A stretch of 64,000 nucleotides of DNA from a virus (taxonomy: Duplodnaviria > Caudoviricetes). The stretch spans positions 15,911-79,910 of the IMG/VR virus record IMGVR_UViG_2667527664_000002; one strand, given 5' to 3'. Shown piece after piece: positions 18,916-28,027 of the stretch; positions within the stretch are counted from its first letter, which is position 1, and every line of letters begins with the position of its first letter. The translations under genes were made by a program, and so were the position numbers. The notes beneath the pieces are model-generated. The model was not told where the DNA came from and did no database searches. It was given only the letters and a program-made list of their open reading frames with translations.

Positions 18916-19438
18916 TTATTATCCCCTCTATTTCTGTATTTTTTTTATCTGAAGTAATATTTATAAATTTTATAGGAATCTTTAGTTCCATTGCCACTTT
19001 TTTAGCATACTCTGTTTCTTCTTTTTGAAAAGACTCTATAAGTTCAATATTATATTCTATATCGTCTCTTTCCTTTAACCTATCAAAAATATTAGTTTCT
19101 TTATCAACAAGCACTATTATGTAATCTATTCCTATACCTTTATAGGTTTCTATAGGTATCCTTGATATTTGCTCATTATTATTTAATAAACAAAAATGAC
19201 CATCAAGCATATAAACTTTCTTTTCAATAAACGTTTTCTTTATAGATTCTATAAGTAATTCTTGATTTGAACTTATATTAGTGGTCCTCTTGTTCGTAAA
19301 TATTTCACCTTTTAATTTAGATATCAGCTCACTAGATGAATAGAATGGAATATTATTTTTTGAAGATATTTCTCTTGCAAATGTAGACTTGCCTACACCA
19401 TGAATTCCACCTATAAAAATGATTTTTCTTTCTTCCAC
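18905..19438 (-). CDS. P-loop nucleotide kinase-like protein (AAA_17 type)
   Basis: GGIHGVGKST; LDGH. Confidence 0.85.
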   Translation of the reverse strand: MEERKIIFIGGIHGVGKSTFAREISSKNNIPFYSSSELISKLKGEIFTNKRTTNISSNQELLIESIKKTFIEKKVYMLDGHFCLLNNNEQISRIPIETYKGIGIDYIIVLVDKETNIFDRLKERDDIEYNIELIESFQKEETEYAKKVAMELKIPIKFINITSDKKNTEIEGIINEI

Positions 19439-19579
19439 AAATTTCGCCCCCTTTCTCGCATTAATTATAACATCGATAATATATTTTATTCAATATGTTA
19501 TAATTTTTTATTATAAATTCTAAAAGTTGAGTTATAATATATATTTAACTTGTATTTAATTATATAGGAGGATTTTTTT

Positions 19580-19927
19580 ATGAAACATATTATGCATTTA
19601 AAAAATGATTATTTTAATTTGATAGATAAAAACCTTAAATCTATAGAGTTGAGAATTTATGATCAAAAAAGAAGATTAATATCCGTAGGAGATAATATAG
19701 AATTTGTAAACTCACTTGATGCAAAAACTTCTATATTAGTTGAAGTTACAAATATAGAAATTTTTAGATCATTTAAAGATCTTATTGAACATACAGATAA
19801 AAAACTTCTCGGATGGGCCCATCTATCCGAAGATACTATATTGGATAAATTGAGAGAGATATATTCTATCGATGATGAAAATAAATTTGGAGTGGTTAAA
19901 ATAACATTTAAAAAAATAGAAAGATAA
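19580..19927 (+). CDS. ASCH-domain protein (second subfamily)
   Basis: K.IELRIYD.KRR.I.VGD.IEF. Confidence 0.8.
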   Translation: MKHIMHLKNDYFNLIDKNLKSIELRIYDQKRRLISVGDNIEFVNSLDAKTSILVEVTNIEIFRSFKDLIEHTDKKLLGWAHLSEDTILDKLREIYSIDDENKFGVVKITFKKIER

Positions 19928-19940
19928 CTATAATATCTTT

Positions 19941-20351
19941 CTATTTTTTTAAACCATTTATTTTATTTACTTTCTCAAAATCTCTTAGATAGCAAAACGA
20001 TTGTGGAGCTTTAAAATTTTCAATAATAATACTAGGTTCAACTGGTTTATCATAAACAATTAAATCTTTTATTTCTAAAGCATATGCCTTGTCATGATTA
20101 GAAAAATACTTGTTAAAATATTTTTGTGATATTCCCGATTCTCTATATGTTTTTTCCCAGACATTTTCTAAATCTCCATGCACAACATCTTTAACTTTAA
20201 ACTCACCTATAAACATACCTACAGGTTTTGTTGCGTATATAATAACCGATTCAATATTTTGTTTAAATATTTTCTTTCTATACTCATATTTTTTTTCACC
20301 CGAAACAATTTTTTCAACAAACTCAGGTTTTATAGATAATATAGCTTTCAT
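19941..20351 (-). CDS. ASCH-domain protein
   Basis: LSIKPEF...I.SGEKKYEYRK and APQSFCYL. Confidence 0.9.
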   Translation of the reverse strand: MKAILSIKPEFVEKIVSGEKKYEYRKKIFKQNIESVIIYATKPVGMFIGEFKVKDVVHGDLENVWEKTYRESGISQKYFNKYFSNHDKAYALEIKDLIVYDKPVEPSIIIENFKAPQSFCYLRDFEKVNKINGLKK

Positions 20352-20398
20352 TAATGCACCTCTATCACTGAATTTTAATTTATTTATCTTACTTAAAT

Positions 20399-20427
20399 AG
20401 TATAGAACATATTTTCGGTTTTTTCAA
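20399..20427 (-). promoter_or_regulatory. sigA promoter with LexA-like box in the spacer
   Basis: TTGAAA-N17-TATACT; spacer contains GAAAATATGTTC (1 mismatch to GAAC-N4-GTTC). Confidence 0.6.
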
Positions 20428-20473
20428 TATATGCTATATTTTAAATTAGAAGTTAATATATTTTTATTGAGAG

Positions 20474-22075
20474 GTGATAATATTGATTGCTGCAATATAT
20501 TCAAGAAAATCAAAATTTACTGGAAAAGGTGAATCTATAGAAAATCAAATACAACTTTGCATGGACTATGCTAAGAACCTAGGAATAAATGAATTTTTAG
20601 TATACGAAGATGAAGGTTTTTCTGGTAAATCTATGGATAGACCAAAGTTTAAAGAAATGCTTAAAGATGCTAAAGATAAAAAGTTTGATTATTTAATATG
20701 TTATAGGCTAGATAGAATATCCCGTAATGTTTCTGACTTCTCTACTCTTATAGAAGATCTAAATAAGCTTAATATATCTTTCGTATCAATTAAAGAACAA
20801 TTTGATACTAGTACTCCTATGGGACGTGCTATGATGTATATATCATCTGTATTCGCTCAGTTAGAACGAGAAACTATAGCTGAACGTGTTAGAGATAATA
20901 TGTATGAGTTAGCTAGAACTGGAAGATGGCTAGGAGGTATGCCTCCATATGGTTTTATTAGTACTCAAATTAACTACTATGATGAAAATATGAACCAAAG
21001 AAAAATGTATAAACTTAAAGTTGATGAGGATACAATAGAAATTGTTAAATTGATATTTGATAAATATTTAGAGCTTAGATCACTTTCAAAGCTTTATAAA
21101 TATATGTATGAGAATGGGATTAAAGGAAGTCGTGGAGGTAACCTTGATCCTAGTGCCTTATCTTTAATCCTAAAAAATCCAGCATATGTTAAAGCTGATA
21201 AAAGTGTAGTTGATTATCTAAGAAAGTTTAATATAGATGTTATGGGAGATATAGACAATATACATGGTATCCTAACTTATGCTAAAAATACAGATAGTCC
21301 TATAGCTGCTGTTGCTAAACATAAAGGTGTTATAGACTCGAATAAATGGATTGAAGCACAAAGGCTACTTAATGCAAATAAGGCTAAAGCTCCTAGAGCT
21401 GGAACTGGAAGTAAGGCATTATTATCAGGTCTTTTAAAATGTTCTAAGTGTGGCTCTAATATGAGAATTACTTATAAAAACTCTAAAAGCGGCACTATTT
21501 ATTATTACATATGTGGAACAAAGAAATCTTTAGGAGTATCAGCTTGCGATTGTAGAAATATCAGATCTGATAAGGCTGAATCTAAAGTTATAGATGAATT
21601 AAAAAATAAAAGTATTAAATCTATAATGTCAAGTTATAAAGATAGCAAGTTAGAAAACTCTAAGAATAGTAAAAATATAAAAACTGAGATAAACTCAATA
21701 AATAATCAAATTAAAGAAAAGGAAACATACATTGATAATTTAGTTATGCAATTAGCCAAGGTTACCGAAAGCTCTGCATCTACTTTTATAATCAATAAAT
21801 TAGAATCTTTAAATAATGACTTATCTAATTTAAAATCACAATTAGAATCTTTAAATACTATGTCTATGGAAAATAAGCAAGTTGATATTAATATAAATAT
21901 GCTTATAGATAATTTAAATAAATTCAATAAAGAAATTGATACCTCTGACATCAATAAGAAGAGACTGTTACTATCTACAGTAGTAGATTACATGACATGG
22001 GACTCTGATACAGACACAATAAAAGTAAACCTAATAGGTATCAATCCAAGCAATACTATAACTTCAGATAAATAG
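20474..22075 (+). CDS. Large serine recombinase (integrase of prophage 1)
   Basis: YSRKS catalytic Ser, DRISR, recombinase domain, C..CG zinc ribbon, coiled coil. Confidence 0.95.
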   Translation: MIILIAAIYSRKSKFTGKGESIENQIQLCMDYAKNLGINEFLVYEDEGFSGKSMDRPKFKEMLKDAKDKKFDYLICYRLDRISRNVSDFSTLIEDLNKLNISFVSIKEQFDTSTPMGRAMMYISSVFAQLERETIAERVRDNMYELARTGRWLGGMPPYGFISTQINYYDENMNQRKMYKLKVDEDTIEIVKLIFDKYLELRSLSKLYKYMYENGIKGSRGGNLDPSALSLILKNPAYVKADKSVVDYLRKFNIDVMGDIDNIHGILTYAKNTDSPIAAVAKHKGVIDSNKWIEAQRLLNANKAKAPRAGTGSKALLSGLLKCSKCGSNMRITYKNSKSGTIYYYICGTKKSLGVSACDCRNIRSDKAESKVIDELKNKSIKSIMSSYKDSKLENSKNSKNIKTEINSINNQIKEKETYIDNLVMQLAKVTESSASTFIINKLESLNNDLSNLKSQLESLNTMSMENKQVDININMLIDNLNKFNKEIDTSDINKKRLLLSTVVDYMTWDSDTDTIKVNLIGINPSNTITSDK

Positions 22076-22099
22076 GAACTTTAATACATTTATCTGAAG
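22062..22099. other. att junction of prophage 1
   Basis: Switch to host ATPase frame near 22088; inverted repeat CTTCAGATAAAT-N14-ATTTATCTGAAG. Confidence 0.7.
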
Positions 22100-22281
22100 C
22101 TATTTCTATGTCAGATAAGGTCGCAGTTTTATCCAAACGTCCTGCATCTATAAAAAGTATCTATAATATAGATTTAAAAATATCAGAAACTAGAACTCCT
22201 ATAATATCAAGAAGTGCTGAAAATTTTAAAGACTATTTTAATATCTTGTGGAAGGAGATTGATTCTAGTGAAACAAAATAA
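22088..22281 (+). pseudogene. ytlC: 3' part of interrupted NitT/TauT ABC ATPase
   Basis: LSEAISMSDKVAVLSKRPASIK...YFNILWKEIDSSETK* is the post-H-loop segment (THD-L-SEA); overlaps the permease start. Confidence 0.85.
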
Positions 22282-23071
22282 TGTATCACAAGGTCATAAA
22301 CAATATTTAAAATTGCTAAAAAAAGAAAAGAATCTAATCTTTTTTTATCAAATATTTATATTGGTTGGATTTATAGCTCTTTGGGAATTACTTGCTAGAC
22401 TTAATATAATAGATGTATTTCTATTTAGCAAACCTAGTGATATTTACAATCTTTTTATAAAATATATTCAAAATGGAGAATTATTTAAGCATATATTAAT
22501 ATCTAGCTATGAGACAATAGTTGGATTAGCAGTTGGTACAATTCTTGGAATATTAGTAGCTATAATGCTTTGGTGGTCAGAAAGATTGTCTAAAATACTT
22601 GATCCATTTTTGGTTGTACTAAATGCACTTCCTAAAACAGCATTAGCACCAATTTTAATAGTTTGGGCTGGAGCTGGTGTAAATGGAATAATAGTTATAG
22701 CTATTACTATATCTGTTGTTGTTACTATATTATCCGCCTATAATTATTTTATAAGTGTTGATGAGGAAAAAGTCAAAATGCTTAAAAGTTTTGGAGCATC
22801 AAAACTTCAAATTCTTACAAAATTAATATTTCCTTCTAACATAGGAAATTTAATAAATTTAACTAAAATTAATATAGGTATGGCTTGGGTTGGCGTAATA
22901 GTAGGTGAATTCTTAGTATCTAGATATGGTCTTGGGTACTTAATAGTTTATGGTGGCCAAGTTTTCAAATTAGATTTAGTAATGATGGGAGTAATAGTAT
23001 TAGCCCTTTGTGCTTTAATTATGTATCAAGTTTTAAATATAGCAGAAAAAATTTATAAAAGTAAAAGATAA
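22268..23071 (+). CDS. ytlD: NitT/TauT ABC transporter permease
   Basis: LNALPKTALAP and AWVGVIVGEFLVS..GLGY motifs; GTG start after AAGGAG. Confidence 0.9.
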   Translation: MKQNNVSQGHKQYLKLLKKEKNLIFFYQIFILVGFIALWELLARLNIIDVFLFSKPSDIYNLFIKYIQNGELFKHILISSYETIVGLAVGTILGILVAIMLWWSERLSKILDPFLVVLNALPKTALAPILIVWAGAGVNGIIVIAITISVVVTILSAYNYFISVDEEKVKMLKSFGASKLQILTKLIFPSNIGNLINLTKINIGMAWVGVIVGEFLVSRYGLGYLIVYGGQVFKLDLVMMGVIVLALCALIMYQVLNIAEKIYKSKR

Positions 23072-23086
23072 AATTTAATATAAAAA

Positions 23087-23138
23087 CAAAATAACTGAGT
23101 TCAAGTTTGTTATAAACAGGCTTGAGCTCAGTTATTTT
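23087..23138. terminator. Bidirectional terminator
   Basis: AAAATAACTGAG...CTCAGTTATTTT between convergent genes. Confidence 0.75.
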
Positions 23139-23951
23139 TTATATATTACAATATCCTATTATTTCATAATCTGTTGGTATGTCATAATTTCTATTACCGT
23201 TTTCTAAAATCCATTTTAAATCAAACATAGTTGTATCAATTATTAATGAAAAGTATAGCATAACTATCCCTACATCAACTTTACCTTCATACTCACTTGC
23301 AAATTCATCTTTTCTTACTGCAAGAATCACTTTGCCTCCATCAATTATAAATCTCCAAGGTTGTCTATTTAATGTAGATGGTGCCATTCTAGCAAAACTA
23401 AATGCATCTAATAATCCTCTTTCTTCTAATAATTCTATGGTTGCATTTTCTCCCCATTTATCTAGATAAACTATCTTTTCTACTCCTAATCTAGATGAAT
23501 CACCAGTAGCTGATTTAGTTTTTACAGTATCTCCATAACCTAGTGCAATAATTGCTGTAACTTCCTTATCTGATAAAATTTCAAGCTTTTCTTTTATAAG
23601 TGAACTCTCTTTAAAGGTAACCCAACATGAGTCGATTCCTAAGTCCATGGCCTTTAGAGTTAAGTTTTCTCCTATATATCCTGAATTTTCTATGTATCCT
23701 TTATATGTATCAGATAAAATGATTACATAGTTTGGTGCTTCTATCATATGTCCATTATATCCTGCTATTTTATCAAGTTTTGGATATAATTTATCTTTAT
23801 TAAAAACTTTAACTTCAGTACTTATTTCTGGTACAAGTTTTTTAGACATATTTATATATTCTTCTATTATTCTGAAATCTGATTTTTTTATTTCTTGATT
23901 TTTAAATTTCCTTACTGACCTTTTATTGGATATAAGATATTTGTAATTCAT
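23139..23951 (-). CDS. Nitroreductase family protein
   Basis: RSVRKF, LGIDSCWV and APSTLNRQPWRF motifs. Confidence 0.9.
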   Translation of the reverse strand: MNYKYLISNKRSVRKFKNQEIKKSDFRIIEEYINMSKKLVPEISTEVKVFNKDKLYPKLDKIAGYNGHMIEAPNYVIILSDTYKGYIENSGYIGENLTLKAMDLGIDSCWVTFKESSLIKEKLEILSDKEVTAIIALGYGDTVKTKSATGDSSRLGVEKIVYLDKWGENATIELLEERGLLDAFSFARMAPSTLNRQPWRFIIDGGKVILAVRKDEFASEYEGKVDVGIVMLYFSLIIDTTMFDLKWILENGNRNYDIPTDYEIIGYCNI

Positions 23952-24122
23952 AATTTCCCCTCCCTAAAGTTATATTAAATTTTATTTTATATTTTTTATA
24001 CCCAAAACCAACATAAAGCAAACATTTTCCCGGTAAATATAGTATTTTTACAAATATCTAAAATAGTTTTATCACCAATCAATTTATTTTTTAATAATAT
24101 ACATTATCTTTAATTTCAAGGG

Positions 24123-24680
24123 GTGATTTTTTTGCTAAAAAAATTAATAATATTAATAACTTTAATTACTAGCCTATCTTTGCTTCTCATTGGATGTACT
24201 CCTAAATCTAAAAGTATTAAATCTAAAAATTTAACTAAGCTAACTGTTGCAGAGGTAACCCATTCGGTATTTTATGCTCCACAATATGCAGCTATAACTC
24301 AAGGTTTTTTTGAGGAAGAAGGTATTGAGTTAGACCTTATAAATACTCAGGGAGCAGATAAAACAATGGCTGCACTTCTTTCTGGAGAAGCAGATATAGG
24401 ACTTATGGGACCAGAAGCATCTATTTATGTGTATAATAAAGGGAATTCAAATTATGCAGTAAATTTTGCGCAATTAACTCAAAAAGATGGAAGCTTTTTA
24501 GTTACTCGTGAAAATACTGATAGTTTTTCTTTTGAGGATTTAAAAGGTAAAGAGGTTTTAGGTGGTAGAAAAGGTGGGGTTCCTGAAATGACATTAGAGT
24601 ATGTTATGAAAAAAAATGGTCTAACTATAGGAACTGATACTCAAAACGATAAAGTAAACGTTAGAACCGATATTCAATAA
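24123..24680 (+). pseudogene. ytlA: 5' part of interrupted ABC substrate-binding lipoprotein
   Basis: Lipobox; VAEVTHSVFYAPQY, NFAQLTQKDG and GGRKGG motifs. Stops at 185 aa (VRTDIQ*), whereas the family is ~330 aa. Confidence 0.85.
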
Positions 24681-24686
24681 TCAGTT
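24665..24686. other. att junction of prophage 2
   Basis: Imperfect dyad AACCGAT...ATCAGTT centred on CA at 24675-24676, exactly at the truncation point. Confidence 0.7.
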
Positions 24687-24790
24687 TTATGATAGCAGTT
24701 AATATTTTTAATACATAAAAAATAAAAAGTAAGATAGTGTAAACAACTACCTTACTTTTTATTTTATCATAACATTTAATCAATATTAAA

Positions 24791-25315
24791 TTAAAGAAAT
24801 ATTTTATCTTCTTTAATAATTTCTTTTTCGTCTTCTTTAGGTAGTATTATTCTATTTAATTCTTCAACAAATGAAGTCCAATGTAAACTAGCTCCTACAA
24901 TTTCAAAACTAAGTATTTTCAACTCATTATCTAAAGATTTATAGTTTATAATAATGTAATTTTTAGATTTAGTTTTAGACTTAGTTTTAGTCCCTATACC
25001 TGACATACCACCAACAATAGCACCTAAAGGACCTAATAGTACTCCCCCAATGGCAGCTCTTCCAATTACGCTTTTATCCTTTTCTTTTTCTAAAATTTCT
25101 TTCTCGCTAGCAACCGTAACCCCAACTAGTCGATCCATATCTATACTTACTTCTGGTAAATGTTTATGTACCCTAGGCCTAATTGTTAAATAATTTGTAT
25201 CGAGTTCTATGCTTAATGCAATAGCTGTTCCTTTAACATATCCAGGAATACCATCTATAAATGTTAAATTTACAGATCTATCTCCATTTTTATTCTTTTT
25301 TGTAAATATGCCCAT
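24791..25315 (-). CDS. Membrane-associated moron protein (glycine-zipper segment)
   Basis: SVIGRAAIGGVLLGPLGAIVGG. Confidence 0.7.
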   Translation of the reverse strand: MGIFTKKNKNGDRSVNLTFIDGIPGYVKGTAIALSIELDTNYLTIRPRVHKHLPEVSIDMDRLVGVTVASEKEILEKEKDKSVIGRAAIGGVLLGPLGAIVGGMSGIGTKTKSKTKSKNYIIINYKSLDNELKILSFEIVGASLHWTSFVEELNRIILPKEDEKEIIKEDKIFL

Positions 25316-25479
25316 AGTATTCTCCTTAAGTATATTTTTTACTAAAATTATACATTATATCCCATATTTTTACAAATAACAGTATTAAATTTGAATAATG
25401 AATAAAACAAATGAAATTCAATTGTATTTAATCCTATACATACAATCTATAAAACTCTTATTTACCTCAATTTAACATA

Positions 25480-26121
25480 TTGGTATTTTTTGTAATAAAA
25501 ATTTATGTTATTATAAATATAGAATTATATAGGAGGGATATTATGAAAAAAGGGTTAATCGGTATATTAAGTAGTATTGTCATTTTAGGCTCTGGATTTT
25601 TTATAAGTAATATGAATACATCAAATAAAGATGTACATAAAAATGGAAAACCTAAACATGAAAAAGTATTAAAAGAAGAAAAGAATAAAAAAGAAGTTAA
25701 GAAAGACGATTCTAAAAAAATAGAAAAAGATAAAGATATTGTTGAAAAGACAACAGAAAATAATAAAAAAGATAATAAGTCCAACTCTAAAAATATAGAA
25801 AAAGACAAAGATATTGTTGAAAAGACAACAACAAATAGTAGAAATACAAATTCTGTAGAAATCAAAACAGAAACTTCTAAAAATAAAAAACCTGTAGAAA
25901 CACCACAAGCTGAAGTAAAACATAAAGTTATAGAAAGTACAAATATAGAAAAAAATATAAACCAATCGGATGATAAAAACATTCAAAAACATGCTGAAAC
26001 ATCACTAGAAAAAACAATTCCTCAAGAAGAAAACATCCCTTGTGATAATTTTGATACACCTGAATTTGATAATCATGTCGTAGACGTAAGTAATGATATA
26101 GGAACACACCCATCACACTAA
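25480..26121 (+). CDS. Membrane-anchored/secreted low-complexity protein (likely start 25543)
   Basis: N-terminal TM; duplicated IEKDKDIVEKTT; terminator downstream. Confidence 0.65.
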   Translation: MVFFVIKIYVIINIELYRRDIMKKGLIGILSSIVILGSGFFISNMNTSNKDVHKNGKPKHEKVLKEEKNKKEVKKDDSKKIEKDKDIVEKTTENNKKDNKSNSKNIEKDKDIVEKTTTNSRNTNSVEIKTETSKNKKPVETPQAEVKHKVIESTNIEKNINQSDDKNIQKHAETSLEKTIPQEENIPCDNFDTPEFDNHVVDVSNDIGTHPSH

Positions 26122-26410
26122 GGACCTAGATTTCAATTAAAAAATAAAAGCAACAATACAAATAATTGTAGTATAGTTGCTTTTTATTAATACGAGTCGT
26201 AGGTAAATTAAATCACATACAACGAGATTAATATTATTATATCAATAATTTTACTTACAAATAATTAGTATACGAACTCTATAAATATAATCATTTTTTC
26301 TTACTATTTTTATTTTTCAAAAACTTCCATATATTACAAAAAATTTACACAAAAATAGTTTATTTTAATGTAATATTAAAATACATATTAAAACTAAAGG
26401 GGTGTTTTGA

Positions 26411-26887
26411 ATGAGTATTATGAAAAACGTTAGAAAAACTTTTGTTTTAGCATTGGTAGGTATCACGATATCTACACCTATTCTAGGAACTGTATATGCA
26501 GCAGAAGAATCAATTAATAGTTCAAATATAGTTCAAAAACAATCAACTACAGATTTAGATGAAATTTCGAATTACTTTGGTTTGACGTATAAAGAAAAAA
26601 GACAATTAAGTCAAGCTATAAATGATTACAAATTAGAAACTGAAAATACGATACAACCTAGAGGTAAAATAAGTTGGATATCAAAAGCAGTTAGAAAAAT
26701 CTGGAGAAAATTACCCTTTAAAGTAAGACAAACTATAACTGCATATGTAGGATTAGAATCGTTTTTAAATGCTATAGACCACTATACAGGTACAGTAGAA
26801 AATGTAATATATAAAGCTTGTAAAAAAGTAGGGATGAACAATGATGTTGCTTGGTGGGTAACAAAAACAATTACTTTGTTTATATAG
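26411..26887 (+). CDS. Putative Sec-exported pre-pro-bacteriocin
   Basis: Signal peptide (VYA|A), acidic pro-region ending IQPR, cationic amphipathic Trp-rich C-terminus. Confidence 0.55.
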   Translation: MSIMKNVRKTFVLALVGITISTPILGTVYAAEESINSSNIVQKQSTTDLDEISNYFGLTYKEKRQLSQAINDYKLETENTIQPRGKISWISKAVRKIWRKLPFKVRQTITAYVGLESFLNAIDHYTGTVENVIYKACKKVGMNNDVAWWVTKTITLFI

Positions 26888-26896
26888 GGTAACAAT

Positions 26897-27124
26897 ATGA
26901 TAATAAATATTATTTTAATAATAGTTAGTATAATAAATATAGTTTTAAATTTTGAAGAAAAAAAAGATAATAATACATATGTTGCATATGGATCATTATT
27001 AATAATAAATACCTTACTTTTATTTAAAGTAAAAAATATTATATTAAATATAATACTTTTAATATTTATTATAGTGTTTTTAATTACAATAATTAAAGCT
27101 TTGATAAATAGAAGAAAGAAATAA
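26897..27124 (+). CDS. Small multi-TM protein, putative immunity
   Basis: 75 aa, three hydrophobic segments, basic tail, co-transcribed; terminator ~27135-27202. Confidence 0.55.
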   Translation: MIINIILIIVSIINIVLNFEEKKDNNTYVAYGSLLIINTLLLFKVKNIILNIILLIFIIVFLITIIKALINRRKK

Positions 27125-27482
27125 GGATAAACATTAAAAAATAAAAGGCAAAATTCCTATTCATCATCGTATGATCTATAGGAATTTTGCCTTTTATTTT
27201 TAATAAGCTAAAGAATTTAAAAATTTAGTAAATATATTGATATATAAGCATAAAAGATGGAGTTTCATGCCGTTTTTTATAAACCCTTGTATTTCCAATG
27301 ATTTTCAATGATATATATACTCTATGTCAGTCATTTGACAGTACACAAAAGTTATCAACAGAAATTACATGACTTATCAACATATTTTTTAAAGTTATTA
27401 ACAATTATATAGATAGTAAAAGTATGCTCCTAAGGAGTGTATTTTTTTGGAAAAAATAAGAAAAAGTTTATGAAAAGTATCG

Positions 27483-27508
27483 ATTATATCACGTATACGT
27501 GATATAAT
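27483..27508. promoter_or_regulatory. 26-bp perfect palindrome overlapping a -10 box
   Basis: ATTATATCACGTATACGTGATATAAT; TATAAT at 27503-27508. Confidence 0.8.
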
Positions 27509-27533
27509 ATAAATATAGAAAGGAGGTAAGGAA

Positions 27534-27644
27534 ATGGTCAAAAAAATAAAAGAGTTCACGAAAGTGATTAAAGCACTTACGGAACTCGCACTTGAAATAG
27601 GAACTCTAGTAGCAATCATCAAAATGATACTAGAAAGCCTATAA
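27534..27644 (+). CDS. 36-aa amphipathic peptide
   Basis: AGGAGGT RBS; MVKKIKEFTKVIKALTELALEIGTLVAIIKMILESL; GC hairpin follows. Confidence 0.7.
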   Translation: MVKKIKEFTKVIKALTELALEIGTLVAIIKMILESL

Positions 27645-27710
27645 AACATAAGGGTGGTGTTCCTACCACCACCCTTACTTTTATAATAATACATGACCAT
27701 TTTAATTACA

Positions 27711-27827
27711 ATGAAAAATAATAAAAAAGAATTAGTAAAAAGTGTAATTGGTTTAACTTTAGCTTTAATTAAATTTATAGGAGCTATAGCTCTTGTAGTA
27801 TTAGCATTAAAATATTTATTTTCATAG
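27711..27827 (+). CDS. 38-aa hydrophobic peptide
   Basis: MKNNKKELVKSVIGLTLALIKFIGAIALVVLALKYLFS; stop overlaps the next RBS. Confidence 0.55.
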   Translation: MKNNKKELVKSVIGLTLALIKFIGAIALVVLALKYLFS

Positions 27828-27838
27828 GAGGGAAAACT

Positions 27839-28027
27839 ATGTGTAGCTTTAAAGGATTATATTCATTTGCAGAGGCAACTAAATTATGGGGGTTAAAAGA
27901 TTCTACACTAAGAAAGGCAGTTGAAACTGGAAAATTAATAGCTGATGAAGATTGTAAAAAGTTTGGTAGAGATTGGGTTGTAAAAGAAAGTGCAATGGTT
28001 AGAGAATATGGAGAAAAAAAGGAATAA
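27839..28027 (+). CDS. Small HTH protein
   Basis: SFAEATKLWGLKDSTLRKA...KFGRDW (excisionase/MerR-like wHTH). Confidence 0.8.
   Translation: MCSFKGLYSFAEATKLWGLKDSTLRKAVETGKLIADEDCKKFGRDWVVKESAMVREYGEKKE

Larger units (their letters stand above)
1..22089 (-). mobile_element. Prophage 1 (right part; siphovirus, HK97-type head, large serine recombinase) inserted in ABC ATPase gene
   Basis: Tail, head, packaging, replication and lysogeny genes in canonical order. Integrase ends 22075, directly followed by the 3' half of a host ABC ATPase. Confidence 0.95.

Noticed and set aside
22214-22267. Longer N-terminus for the permease as in the ORF track
   Set aside because: Overlaps the ATPase remnant; GTG at 22268 has the RBS and the usual translational coupling.
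24123-24680. Treating the substrate-binding ORF as a complete 185-aa gene
   Set aside because: It ends mid-domain exactly where phage moron DNA begins.
27345-27385. Two TTATCAACA DnaA-box-like motifs
   Set aside because: Both mismatch the consensus, and two copies in AT-rich DNA is too little support for an origin.
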